This document shows positions 1-13,404 of a stretch of 64,000 bases of DNA, piece by piece. The position numbers and the translations under genes were made by a program. The first letter of the stretch is position 1, and every line of letters begins with the position of its first letter. The stretch lies in contig OX597815.1 of the NCBI GenBank assembly GCA_951406725.2, positions 43,524,001 to 43,588,000 of the forward strand. The letters run 5' to 3'. The notes beneath the pieces were generated by a model. That model ran no database searches and was not told the origin of the DNA. It worked only from the letters and a program-made list of their open reading frames with translations. This DNA is from Octopus vulgaris (lineage: Eukaryota).

Positions 1-294
1 TGTAAAAGTATATGACTATTTAAACGCTTTCAAGTAAACTGACATGTGTCAAAAATAAAGCAGGCAGCATTTTATTTCTTAGGCAACGCCGATTTCTGAA
101 ACATTAAACAATCCACTGCTGACATTTTTTCTTTTGTCAACATGTAGGTTTATTTTGATAACGCGCTGCCAATCAAAGCCTCATATGTTTTAGTATTTTG
201 ATAGATTTGATATGTGGCACACGAGATGAAATGCATAGTGGAAATTATAAATTGTAGTAGGGTAGTTATTAGTTATTTTAAATCATCTTTATCT

Positions 295-483
295 TTTTTA
301 TCCTTTACTTGTTTCACTCAGTGGACTGCGGCCATGCTGGAGCAGTCTTGAAGAGCATGTTGACTCCCAATACTTATTTTCTAAAGGCTGGTAATTATTC
401 CATGGGACTCTCTTTTGCCGAGCCGTTAAGTTTCAGAGACGTGAAACAAATCAACACCAGTTGTCGACCAGTACTAATAAAGG

Positions 484-485
<2 letters not shown>
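295..485 (-). mobile_element. SINE family C, 3' half
   Basis: Reverse complement of the family C 3' part (CTCCAGCATGGCCGCAGTC...TGAAACAAGTAAAG), next to a (CA)n tract. Confidence 0.75.
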
Positions 486-531
<46 letters not shown>

Positions 532-617
532 GCATATACGCACACACGCTATTATTTTATAGCTTTATCTACGTTGAGATCTATCATTCTAAAACAGAAT
601 TACACACGCATACATTC

Positions 618-1007
618 ACAGACGCAAACGTGACTGTGGTTAAGAAGCTTGTTTCCCAACCACATGGTTCTCGGTTCAGTTCCACTGCATGGCACCTTGG
701 GCAAGTGTCTTCTACTATAACCTCGGGCCGACTAAAGCCCTGTGAGTGGATTTAGTAGGTGGAAACTGAGAGAAGCCCGCCTTATATGTGTGTTATTATG
801 TGTGTCTTTGTGTCTGTGTTTGTCTCCGCCATCATCGCTTGACAACCGCTGTTGGTCTGTTTACGTCCCTGTAACTTAGCGATTTGGCAAAAAGACCGAT
901 AGAATAAGTACTAGATTTAAAAATAAGTCCTTGTTCGACAAAAACACTTGAAGACGTTGCTCAAGGATGGTCACAGTGAAATGACTGAAACAAGCAAAAG
1001 AGTAAAC
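618..1007 (+). mobile_element. SINE family C (tRNA-like head, CORE-like GCACCTTGGGCAAGTG, internal microsatellite, 3' tail)
   Basis: Collinear with copies at 15658, 44312, 54715 and 58370. Confidence 0.85.
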
Positions 1008-1009
1008 GA

Positions 1010-1085
<76 letters not shown>

Positions 1086-1171
1086 TGTATATATATATGT
1101 GTGTGTGTGTGTGTGTAGATATATATATATACAGATACATATAGATATACATACATACACACACACACACA

Positions 1172-1220
<49 letters not shown>

Positions 1221-1228
<8 letters not shown>

Positions 1229-1490
1229 GTAAATATATGGCACAACGAAGTACCGATATTTACTGGAAATAGCGAACGTAATAATACGACGCTAATGTAT
1301 AGCTTCACCGCGTATGTACTATCTTTCAGATGTTCTCCCTGGAGGTAAGACAATTTTTTCTAGTTTGTTGCACACACGCATTTTTGCTAGTACATACGCG
1401 GTGAAGCTATACATTAGCGTCGTATTATTACGTTCGCTATTTCCAGTAAATATCGGTACTTCGTTGTGCTATATATTTACTTTTTTGTAT
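1221..1490. repeat. Long inverted repeat, ~95-100 bp arms, 66-nt spacer
   Basis: 1221-1321 is the near-perfect reverse complement of 1388-1490. Confidence 0.9.
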
Positions 1491-1548
1491 ATTTTTCCCT
1501 CACGGGCTATTCTTTACTGGAAAGCAATACTCTAGTATTGCATTACTA

Positions 1549-1604
<56 letters not shown>

Positions 1605-1819
1605 GCACACACACATATATATACATATATATACACGACGTTTGATCAAACAGTATCGGAGCTGTTGCTATAGAAACGGAGCTAAAGTACACAGTGAAGC
1701 TGCTTGGCACAGACTGACCTTGAACTCTGTCGCGCATGTACACTATGGTGTTATGTTTTCGGTTACCTTTGTTGCTTATAGTAATGCCTGAAAGTAAAGT
1801 ATGTAGAGTGTGGTGGTCT

Positions 1820-2115
1820 CAAAAAGGAAATCGGGTTTCAGCTGTACAGGATCTCATTGACTGTGTCGGGAAAGGCGAAAACTTTTTGAAAATGGTCGTA
1901 ACAGATGACAAGTGGTGGGTCTATGGCTATGAACCCGAAATTAAGTCTCAGTCTGCAGAGGAAGACCACAAAATTTTAAGGCGTCAAAGAAGTCCAAGAC
2001 AACGCGACGGAGCAGCTACTAGCAACCCCACCAAAAGGGGTTCGAGGAATGCTTCCGTTAATGTGAACGACGATGAGGGATAAAGTGTGTGTCTTCAGAA
2101 GGGGCCTACATTGAT
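1820..2115 (+). pseudogene. Internally deleted mariner transposase fragment
   Basis: FLKMVVTDDKWWVYGYEPEIKSQS resembles the mariner first-Asp motif (VTGDETWVYGYDPE). A frameshifted C-terminal FEECF...KCVSSEGAY follows. Confidence 0.75.
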
Positions 2116-2793
2116 TCATTTATTATAAGCTTGCTTCCATTTCTACCTCATTTTACCTTGTAACTACAGGAATATACTACACAAGTGGTATCATGAGCTT
2201 TTGTGAATTTTGAAAGGGAGCCGAAATTTAGCACTAATGCACCGGTCAAATCTGGACAGCCTTTTGAAATATGAAAGTTTTCTGTTTTCTTTTGCTCTCA
2301 ATGATTTTAGAGTATCTTAGTAGTAAATACAGAAATATCAATCATATTTATTCTCTACTTAAGACGTTTCTTCGTATTTGTAAAATCAACATAATTTTTG
2401 CAAAAAATACGTTACTATTTTGCGTAATATTTCCTTCGTCTTTGTGTCTTGCGTACCTTTCCTCTCCTCACCCCGTTCATTTTATCTTCTTGGAATTTTA
2501 TCTTCACATACGCGCGAAACCTATAATATCTTTTCAGCGGGTGTCGTAAAAAACGAATTACGATAAAAAAAAGAAACGTACGCATGAAATGTTGAAGAAC
2601 TTTTAAACATGTGTTAATATTTGGCAAACTAAATGGAAACGATATCACAGGAAATTATCAAAATGATTAGAATGAATGAAATTAATTATAAAAAATGACT
2701 ACATATGAAACAGTTTCTCGGTGTTTACAAATGTAGAACAACATATATTAACTACCGCAGTTACTTATTAAAATATAGGACATACAGCTAAGC

Positions 2794-2852
<59 letters not shown>

Positions 2853-2872
2853 ATCTATCTATCTATCTTATT

Positions 2873-3058
2873 TTCCTATTTCCCACAAGGGGTTAAACAT
2901 AGAGGGGACAAACAAGAACAGACATACGGATTAAGTCGATTACATCGACCCCAGTGCGTAACTGGTACTTTATTTATCGACCCCGAAAGGATGAAAGGCA
3001 AAATCGACCTCGGCGGAATTTGAACTGAGAACGTAACGTTTCTGCCAGCTCGCCGCCT
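2873..3058 (-). mobile_element. SINE family A (tail A)
   Basis: Head GGCGGCGAGCTGGCAGAA, B-box-like GTTCAAATTCC, core GCCTTTCATCCTTTCGGGGTCGAT, tail ...CCCTTGTGGG. Confidence 0.85.
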
Positions 3059-3093
3059 TAGATAGATAGATAGAAAGATAGAAAGATAGATAA

Positions 3094-3203
<110 letters not shown>

Positions 3204-3358
3204 CGAATGTATATATATCACTTAGGCATTGCGAGACTAATAACCTGGTGTAGAACTCAATATGCGTATGTTTCAGAACGAAGTGTTAGACGAATATAGA
3301 GCGATAATAAGAAAATATGATGACAAAAGAATAAATGATTATTTTTTTTAACTTCATT

Positions 3359-3437
3359 AGCTTGCAGCTGTTTCTGCTATAAGATTCAGTGGATTCATAA
3401 TTGAGTGCCTCCATCACTTGATATCTTCATCGGAGCT
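3359..3437 (-). ncRNA. Degenerate hammerhead-ribozyme-like motif
   Basis: Minus strand reads AGCT-CCGATGA-[long, decayed stem II]-GAAAC-AGCT-GCA-AGCT. A related 3' half GAAACAGCTGTAAG lies at ~56459-56472. Confidence 0.45.
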
Positions 3438-3667
3438 TCGAATATGGAGTACAATTTATTCGGGTAATAATTACATTTGTGTGTATTTAGGGAATGGCAT
3501 CATCAATGAGAAAGTCAATACAGATGTACATAAAAAAGTGAATGTCAAAAAGCTTATTAGATGTATTATTGGAAATATATGTATACGTACGTACGCACGC
3601 ATTCCGAGGCACTCGGAGATACTGAGAGAGATAGAGATAGATAGATAGATAGAGAGAGAGAGAGTGG

Positions 3668-3751
<84 letters not shown>

Positions 3752-3753
<2 letters not shown>

Positions 3754-4080
3754 TGCTTCTTTATTAGCCACACAGGGCTGAACACAGACGGGACAAATTA
3801 CAAAGTAGAGCTTTTCTTTTTGGGGGAAAGAAAAATATGTGGTGGGTAGGTTTTCGATCAAAAGGGATCGTAAAAAGGAAAGAAAAAGAAAACGATCAAT
3901 AGGGATCGTGTATCACAGAAATGTCATGATGTAAAGTGTAAAGGGGGAAACAGATAAGGTTTATTCGTGGAAAGAAAAGACTACGGAAAAGACCGCGATA
4001 ACCTCGGTCAATAATGTCACATGTTAACACATTTATTTGCAAGTAACTCTCTGTTTTAAATTTTTCCGGGTTCATAGGAT
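3752..4080 (-). mobile_element. 3' end of a Tx1/L1-like retroelement followed by (TATC)n
   Basis: Ends ...CAGCCCTGTGTGGCTAATAAAGAAGCATATCTATC. Homologous to 57835-58150(+) and 5288-5350(-). Confidence 0.65.
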
Positions 4081-4138
4081 AATGCTCAAGGCATATATAC
4101 GTATATATATATAGATAGATATGGAGAGAGAGAAAGGC

Positions 4139-4217
<79 letters not shown>

Positions 4218-4576
4218 GTAAACCAAATACAAAAAGATAAACACTAAAAGTTCAAGAGACGTTGACAGTTAATATTAACTTGACACTCTGGAGGAAAAAA
4301 GTTAAAATAAAAGTATAACGTTTCAGGTTGTTCAAAACGTTATACCTTTTTTGTATAACGTTTATTCCTTCTTTGAGTTTCAATCTAATATTAACTATGT
4401 ACGTCCCGTGCACTTTTACTTATTAATTTTTTTTTTGTATTTCATTTACTTTATTATCGCATCTTAACGCAGATCTTTCACGTCTATCCGACCAATATTC
4501 CGGAGTATCTTAATTTGGGGATTAACTTATACGAGTGGATTATTATCTCGGATTACGTGGATTCTTCGGTCTTGAT

Positions 4577-4640
<64 letters not shown>

Positions 4641-4643
4641 TAT

Positions 4644-4721
<78 letters not shown>

Positions 4722-4822
4722 TTGAAATTTATAGAAAAACAAAAGACGAAGACAGGTGTATGAACAACATGCAGGTGTATTAATTTGATGCTCGGGGAAA
4801 TGATAAAGTCTTTTATGTTTCT

Positions 4823-4897
<75 letters not shown>

Positions 4898-4899
<2 letters not shown>

Positions 4900-5143
4900 C
4901 AATTACAGCGTGGAAGGTGTTTATAAGCCATTTAAGAAACACACAAAACCGTTAGATTCACTTCAAAATTTAACCTTAATTTGTCAAAATATTTTCGTGC
5001 AGCACGAAGCTTTGTCAGTGAACAGGTCGCAGTCTCAAAGCGACGAAAATATTTTGACAAATTAAAGTTAAATGTTAAAGTGAATCTAACGGTTTTGTGC
5101 GTTTCTTAAATGGCTTATAAACACCTTCCACGCTGCAATTGTT
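4898..5143. repeat. Inverted repeat (~100-bp arms) enclosing the start of a hammerhead fold; probable Penelope-like terminal repeat
   Basis: 4898-4998 is the reverse complement of 5043-5143 with a few mismatches. Confidence 0.85.
5011..5061 (+). ncRNA. Minimal type I hammerhead fold with G3-C8 swapped core
   Basis: TTTGTCA / GTGAACA-G / GTCGC-agtctcaaa-GCGAC / GAAAA-TA-TTT / TGACAAA: 7-bp stem I, 5-bp stem II, palindromic stem III. Confidence 0.6.
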
Positions 5144-5226
5144 TTCGTTCCAGCACACGATCTCAGATCAAGTCACTCGCTATGCAAGTACATCTCCGTA
5201 ATATATATATATATGGAGAGAGAGGC

Positions 5227-5287
<61 letters not shown>

Positions 5288-5288
<1 letters not shown>

Positions 5289-5376
5289 GTTTCTTTATTG
5301 GCCATACAGGGCTGCACACAGATGGGACAAGTTACAAGGTAGAGCTTTTAAACTTGTCCCATCTGTGTGCAGCCCT

Positions 5377-5377
<1 letters not shown>
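5288..5377 (-). mobile_element. Short Tx1-like 3' tail with fold-back, inside (GATA)n
   Basis: Tail matches 3752-3815. Perfect 27-bp arms at 5307-5333 and 5351-5377. Confidence 0.7.
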
Positions 5378-5455
<78 letters not shown>

Positions 5456-5825
5456 TAGTATGTGTAACAGTGTATAATTAGCAATAAGTCTCTTATTAGA
5501 TTGACTCAAACACTAACGTGACTAGCTTGTTAAGAGCAACAATAGGTACAATGGAACAAAAACCAATACGATTCAGATTTGAACTCAAGAATATTAAGCA
5601 TCTCATCAGTAAATAAAAATATCTTATTCACATTTAATATCATCCCAAATAACATAGCTGTGTTAAAAATTTAATGTTCAAATTCTACTTGTTTTCTCCT
5701 TTCATCTTTCCATGGTCAACGAAATTTATACCTGTAATATATCAAGGTCGATTAAATCAACTTTATCTCACGATTAAAAAAATCAACCCGGTACTGTGTA
5801 GAGAATAATATTAATAAATGTAATA

Positions 5826-6218
5826 CAGTGATACCTCGTAGTACGAATTTAATTCGTTCCATGACCAAGATCGGCTTATGATTTACCCGTTTTACAAATT
5901 ACTAATTTTCCTCATTGAAATTAACTAAAATATAATTAATCCGTTCCAGCCCACCCCCGCCAAACCACTCAAAAATGATTTTCTGTGGGTTTTAAAACAG
6001 AAAAGGTGTAGTTACAAGTAAAATGACAATTATCAAAAAGAGAATGCAAAAGAAATATGTAAACTGGTTTTATTAACTGAATTACCTTAAAGGTGGGACG
6101 ATTTGTGTGCTCGTACTGCGGATTTCCGCTCGTACTTCGAGACAAAAATTTGCACGAGTCTCGGCTCGTACAGCAAATTATTCTTACAACGGTGCACTCG
6201 TACTGCGAGGTTCTACTG
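5826..6218. mobile_element. pogo/Tigger-like MITE
   Basis: TIRs CAGTGATACCTCGTAGTACGA and TCGTACTGCGAGGTTCTACTG, TA on both sides, no coding capacity. Confidence 0.8.
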
Positions 6219-7593
6219 TAGTATGCTAGAGAATAGTTAAATCTATAATGTAGATGATATTCGTATATTTTGTTATGACATGTGCTGTGACATATATGCC
6301 ATAACGATTTCTTGTTAAAGTACGAAGCCAAGATTTCTAGGAGTAAGAATATAATTCGTTGAATCAGGCCCAATGTTATTGTTAGATCGTATTTTGTTGA
6401 TTCTTGACAAAATAAAATATCTAGCTTCTTTTTTTTATATATAGAAGATGAAAGACAAATCTGATCACGTTTAAGATTTGAACCCGGACTACAGAGACAA
6501 AAGTAATTACCGCACACTGTTAGTTCTATCAATCAATGTCACTTCACATGTCATAATAACACCATCAACATGAGGAGTTTCTTTAAACAATACCAGTATC
6601 ATAAATATTGAAAATAATCACTTCAAAATCTCTCTAAAAGAAAAATATCACCCCCAGTCCTCGTCACTACCACCACCATCATATCCTTGCAATATAAACG
6701 TTATATGTCATTTATAAAACTGGCGCCATTGATACACGATTCATTTGAATAGGTTTTATATTTTTGTCTTTCCTAACGGTTTCAGTGGAGTGGTATATGT
6801 TGCAGTGTATCTGAAGTGAAATGGCTTCAGCGACGAATTAAACCCGTCTTCTTGTGAGCTTTCAGCTTAAGGTAAAGCGCTCAAGATATTAGAAATATAG
6901 CGATTTGTTTGAAAACTAATCATAAAGATCTTGGAGAAAAAATGCGAAGTCCTGACGTTCAATAATTCTATAAAGAATATTCATAAAAGATACAACAGAG
7001 AAATGAAAGTATTTTTTCTGTGGTGAATTTCTTGCTTTATTCAGCTCTTGGTGTACATATATTGCGCCAGAGGTGTGAATAATATATAGTAATATAAATA
7101 TTATTTATTGTTATAAATATTAGGATTATAAAATATTATGCTTAACGTATATCATCTAATTATCATACATTAACTAAGTTTAAACATTTTTTGAAAAATT
7201 TACATTCGAGTTCGTTATCATATTCCATGTTCTGTTAAGGACACAGTTACTCAGATCCACTCCACTTGATATGATTTGGAACATCAACACAGTAATTTAA
7301 CTGGCCCTTGTTAATAATATAGTACATCCATTGCTAAAAAAAATTGCTGCATAATGTTTGTGCAATCAATGTATAATTGGTTAGTGAACATCAAATGTCT
7401 TGGTAGTTAAATGGTAATGAAACGAACTCTAATGACTGTTTTCCACAAAATTATTTTCTTACCATCGCACTATCATTTAATTATATTATTCCTTAATAGC
7501 TACATATTAATTTTTGCACTGACACAAGACCTAAAATTAGTAAGTGAAATGTATAGTCGATTGAATCAGATTTGTGCATGATTTTTATTTTAT

Positions 7594-7819
7594 CCTATTT
7601 CTTTATTACCCACAAGGGGCTAAACACAGAGGGGACAAACAAGGACAGACATAGGTATTAAGTCGATTACATCGACCCCAGTGCGTAACTGGTACTTAAT
7701 TTATCGACCCCGAAAGGATGAAAGGCAAAGTCGACCTCGGCGGAATTTGAACTCACAACGTAACGCAGACGAAATACCGCTAAGCATTTCGCCCGGCGTG
7801 CTAACGTTTCTGCCAGCTC
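7594..7819 (-). mobile_element. SINE family A (tail A)
   Basis: Near-consensus copy. A more decayed tail-B copy follows at ~7910-8130. Confidence 0.9.
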
Positions 7820-8277
7820 ATTGACTCTGAAGTCAAAAGTATACGAACATGTAATGACACATCTGGTGTAGCATTATACTGTTTCTGTAACGCCAACTAC
7901 CCTTCACAATTCTTTCTTATATTTGGCACAGGACCTGCAAATTTTTCAGAGGAAAGAGTTGGACGATTACATCGACCTCAATGTTCAACTGGTATTTATT
8001 ATATCGATCCCGAAAGAATGACTGGCAAAGTTAATCTCAACGGAATTTGAGTTCAAAACATAAAGAGCTTAAATAAATGCCGCTAAGCATTTTGTATGAC
8101 ACACTAACGAATCTGCCAGATCTTAGCCTTGACGTTATTTAATAATGATATTGATTTACATCTTTGAAGCTTGGAAATGAATTTGAATGGAAGGTTTTAG
8201 TAAATCCCCTAAATACATGACTGGTACTTATTCTAATAGATATTGACGAAAATTTAAGTTAGTTCAACCAGTACTTG

Positions 8278-8322
<45 letters not shown>

Positions 8323-8675
8323 GCAGACCCAGTGTAATCCGAATACTGGTATCCTGTCAGCACGGGAAAATGCCAAGAAATATCTTAAAGAAAAAGATAA
8401 GATACAAAAGTACGAACAACAGGAATACAAAATTATTACTTTAGCTTCACGCTTCTATGAATTTAAGTATAACTTTCTTCAAAAATTCTTAACTTTTGAA
8501 CAGTTAATAAAGGAAAAAAACTGGAAAGGAAAGAATGAACAAGGACGAGAAAATAGTTCTCTGGAACTAGGTCCAGTACAGTTTCTTTGTAGTATAGATA
8601 TAAACTGTACATCAACCTAGTACTATGGGATTCTGTCATGTATCTCTGTCCTTATTTCCCTTTTCTTCCTTTCTT

Positions 8676-8712
8676 TTCTTTGATGAAGGAAAATCAGTCC
8701 GAAACGTAAGAA
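8676..8712 (+). ncRNA. Minimal hammerhead-like motif (C3>U)
   Basis: TTCT-TTGATGA-A-GGA-aaatcag-TCC-GAAAC-GTA-AGAA. Confidence 0.5.
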
Positions 8713-9257
8713 CGTTGTTAGAACTTTCTTCCTTTTTCATTCCGGTTTGAAACTAATATTATGATTGTGTATATATTCCCAGTGCTCCTGGTGCTCGTTT
8801 GTTGAAGTGTTCTTAACATGCATACACACACACACATATACATACACATAATGCATGCATACATACACACACACATACATACACACATAATGTATACATA
8901 CATACATACATACAAGCATACATACATATTCTGTATTGTACTGGAAGTAACCAAGATTCAGTTGACTTTTACATTTTTTCTCTACATTAATAATTATTTT
9001 TGCTGTCATTTCGAAGGTCAAACTTTTGTGTATAGATGATGTCATCTTTCAGTCTACTGCAATCTCTGTATACAGGTTTCATACACACACAATCTAGACA
9101 CCTTATGTATGACATGTACTGCCTTCCTGAACAGCAACATTGATGACAAGACAACCTACTTTCTTTTAACTACATAAAGATACATTCACTACACGTACCT
9201 ATTAAATGTGACACTACACCTTTAGCTTTCTTTTCAAGGCCAGGTTATAATTCAACT

Positions 9258-9643
9258 GGAGGCGCAATGGCCCAGTGGTTAGGGCAGCGGACTCGCGGTC
9301 ATAGGATCGCGGTTTCGATTCCCAGACCGGGCGTTGTGAGTGTTTATTGAGCGAAAACACCTAAAGTTCCACGAGGCTCCGGCAGGGGATGGTGGTGATC
9401 CCTGCTGTACTCTTTCACCACAACTTTCTCTCACACTTACTTCCTTTTTCTGTTGTACCCGTATTTCAAAGGGCCGGCCTTGTCACTCTCTGTGTCACGC
9501 TGAATCTCCCCGAGAACTACGTTAAGGGTGCACGTGTCTATGGAGTGCTCAGCCACTTAGACGTTAATTTCACGAGCAGGCTGTTCCGTTGATTCGGATC
9601 AACCGGAACCCTCGTCGTCGTAACCGACGGAGTGCTTCCAACA
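9258..9643 (+). mobile_element. SINE family B (tRNA-derived head, tail 1)
   Basis: A box TGGCCCAGTGG, B box GGTTTCGATTCC. 11-bp TSD ATAATTCAACT at 9247-9257 and 9644-9654. Confidence 0.9.
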
Positions 9644-9749
9644 ATAATTCAACTCTAATCAATCCACCAACCTTTGCCCAATTTCAATAAGATTCATTGA
9701 AGTATTGCTCAAATATACGGACCGATTTTGCAATTCCACAAACAGTAAA

Positions 9750-9900
9750 AAAAAAAGGGCAGTCCAAGTGATTGGCAAAGCATCACTCACTAACACATTA
9801 CAATCATTGGTATACAGATGTTTTTTTTTTATTTTACCCTTCTTTTCTTCTTCTGTTACATTGACTTCTGCTTATTTGAACTCACAAACTATATATTACC
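9750..9900 (+). pseudogene. Degenerate C-terminal ORF2 fragment of a CR1/Jockey-group LINE
   Basis: KKRAVQVIGKASLTNTLQSLVYR...FFCYIDFCLFEL resembles RAVRIIG...LxSLxxRR...FYRY...CSxEL. Confidence 0.45.
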
Positions 9901-10225
9901 CCTATCGGAACCTATGCAATGCATTAATCTCTCATACTGTCGTCGTTCGTACTGTCGTCGTTCGTACTGTCTTTCGTCCATACAACTATTTCACATAAAT
10001 ATTTTACTTCATTATTTCGCTTCAGACATGTAATTATATAGAAACAACTCAGTGGTTGCCATATCTGTCCAGCAGATTTCAGATAACGGAAGTTCAAACA
10101 GAACTTATCTACGTCTGATTGTAGAAGAACTAAGAATTATCGTTGTATACGTTCTGTGTTGCTATCTTCTGAACGAGGTGTTATGAATAATATTCCTCAC
10201 ATTTTTTGTCTACCCCTTATGAGTA

Positions 10226-10378
<153 letters not shown>

Positions 10379-11989
10379 TTATTCGGAATGAAAGTGGCAA
10401 GATAGCAGAATCGTCAGCGAGTCGGACACAACGCTTAGCGGCACCGAGGTCAGCTTTGCCTTTCATCCTTTCGGAGGTCAACTAAATAAAGTATCAGTGA
10501 AGTACTGAGGTCACTGTAAACGATTAGACACCTTCCTTCCAAATTATTGGCACTGTACCAAAATTTAAATCCATTATTTTGTCTAGAATACTGTATTGTA
10601 GACTGTTTTATAACTTTACGCCGAGCTTAGCTCTGGAAATCATGGTTTCGTTTGTGATTTGAAATGGAATTATTTTAGTATGTTGTAATGAATTAACGAA
10701 TAGCTCGATGGTGCCTTCTGCCAAACTTATTACGTCTTACAAATATAAAGTTTTACAATCTCTTTTTTTTTAAAACAGTTGAACGTAAAAACATAACGGT
10801 TTTAAACATTTCAGTCAGTCTTGTGAGTCAATACAGTAAATTCAAGATAGATCTTTGAAGTACTAGTTGAAAATGTACTTTAAAGAGAAAGGGGGGGGGG
10901 GGGGAGGGAAAAGAGTAGGTGAAAGAAGAAGAGAAAGGAGAGAAAGAGAGAGAGAATATTCTGGAAATATGATCAATGGTGGCTGAATATTCGTTTCTGA
11001 AATCCGAAGCCCGCCATTACTTTTTTAAAAACGTTTGTAAATTTGATATCCTCAAGCTCATGAATAAGATGAAGAAAAGGATACATAATTTCTTATCGCA
11101 TTTACTATGTCTGATAAATTACGATTCAACTGAAAATTACTACGGAACATACTAATGGCGTTTATACTCATATTGACAAAGGTATTTCATATTAAATTTC
11201 AAACATTATCGTATACGCATGGTCGACTGAGGTGACAGAGAGCTCCTATATGCAATCTTGTTATTAATCTAGTATAAAATAAATCCATTTTCCCTTATAA
11301 ATTCTAACTGGAGTTGAAGAAGAACCTGTGGATCATAAATCCACACTCCGACAACGGTTCAACTTAAAAATTATATTTGAAAACCATGTGTATGTGTGTG
11401 TGCGTGCATGTACACACAGATATGCACAAATACACATAACAGTATATCAGTGTGCGTACGTATATGAGTATGTGTGGGGAGAGAAAGAGAGAGGGAGAGA
11501 AAAGGAGAGAGAAAAAATATTAGTGGAAAGCGGGTGAAGAAATTTATGCATAAATTTAACACTGTCAAAACTTAATGTATGCAAACCTCCACCACCAAAA
11601 ATACGCACACATTCAAATAAGGGTACGAGTATTCATACACATCGCATGACAAGTAGAAGCGATTACATTGCGTTGTTTCGAGGTACATTACAGTTTACAC
11701 ACGTTAAACTAAAGACATAGTGTGTGAGGTGGGGGTTGATGTTTATGAAATAAGTAAAGTCTTACTTCTTGTCAACATGTCAACAAGTTTATTTCAAAGG
11801 AGATGACACCAATTACCAGACACGAATCCATAGGATGTACGTGCACCCAAGCACCTGCAAGCATAACATATCTTTCGTAGACGTTGAGATGTGACATAAT
11901 CAGGGTATGAATAAACACCGCAACCCGTTAGCTCTTATACCTTAAGTTGTGAAGACAAACGCAATATATCTAAACTGTCATTACCATGG

Positions 11990-12270
11990 ACTTGTTTCAG
12001 TCACCAGACTGCGGCCATGCTGGGGCACTGCATTGAAAAATTTTTAGTGGAACGAGTCGAACCCAGTGCTAATACTTTTTAAAGCCGTGTTTTAATTATA
12101 CCGCTCTCTTTTGCTGAGCTGCTAGTTGGCGAGGACTTAAAATACATCAACACTGGTTGTCAAGCGGCGGTGGAAGACAAATCCAGACACAACGACACAC
12201 ACACACACACACACACAACACAGACGCACACACACACACACACACATGCACACACACACACATACACACA

Positions 12271-12311
<41 letters not shown>

Positions 12312-12488
12312 ACACACACACACACACACATGCACACGATAGTCTTCTTTCAATTTCCACCTACCAAATCTACTCACAAGGCTTTGGTCGGCCCGAGGTT
12401 ATAGTAGAAGACACTTGCCTAAAGTGCCGCGCAGTGGGACTGAACTCGGAACCGTATGGTTTGGAAAGCAAACTACCACACAGCCGCA
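11990..12488 (-). mobile_element. SINE family C with an internal (CA)n expansion
   Basis: Both halves present, flanking a ~145-bp CA-rich tract. Confidence 0.8.
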
Positions 12489-13102
12489 CCTTTTTTTTTA
12501 TCCTTTCTACTATAGGCACACGGTCTGAAATTTTGGCGGAGTGGTCCAGCCGATGCGGACTACTGCAGTATGCAACTGGTACTTTCTTTTTATTTCATCA
12601 TCGTCGTAAGACTGAAAGAATAATTCAAATAATCGCTTCAAATTTTTCCCCCAGGTCAGCAATTTCGGGGGATGGAGAATATCGATTACATCGACTCCAT
12701 TGCTCAACTGGTACTTACTTTATCCACCCCGAAGGAATGAAAAGCAAAGTCGACCACAGTGAATTTGAACTCAGAACGTTAAGTGTACTAACGTTTCTGC
12801 CAGCTCGCCTTCGAATAATACTAAGTAAAAAATTGCTAATTGAAAACTCTTCCCTACATATTATTTTAATTACAATTTTCTGCTTATCAAATTTATTATA
12901 CAAGCTATTAACGCAAATATAGAATTTTATATGCATAAATTTAAACATTAATACTTACTTGCATACATATATGTGCGCAGAAATTCTTACAGGAACGCAT
13001 ACGTGCGTAGAACTCTGTTGATGCTAGTTAGTTTCCCATACAAGTGCCTTGTTTCTGTGATAGAAACCGGCTCTTGCAATTTTTGTAAGAAATTCGAAAA
13101 CT

Positions 13103-13170
<68 letters not shown>

Positions 13171-13404
13171 CACGTAGTCATATCGATATAAAAGCACAAA
13201 AACTAACAAACATACGTATAAATTTTGGTATAAGGGGCACCTTTGAAGTTTTCATATATTTTCAGTAGACATTAATTTCAAAGAAGTACAAAATCCTAAT
13301 CTCTTTCGAAGTAGGATCTTCTGACTTCAATGCAATTGTTGTAATTATTCAACCACTTCGTAAAGGCCCCATGGAAGTCCTCCAAACTGAAGATGTCCAG
13401 GACC

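Noticed and set aside
5969-6532. 187-aa minus-strand ORF
   Set aside because: It crosses the MITE boundary into flanking DNA, has no recognisable domain and has a non-ATG start.
9258-9332. tRNA gene (also at 41000-41070 and 50408-50482)
   Set aside because: These are tRNA-derived SINE heads continuing into a SINE body with TSDs, with no proper acceptor stem.
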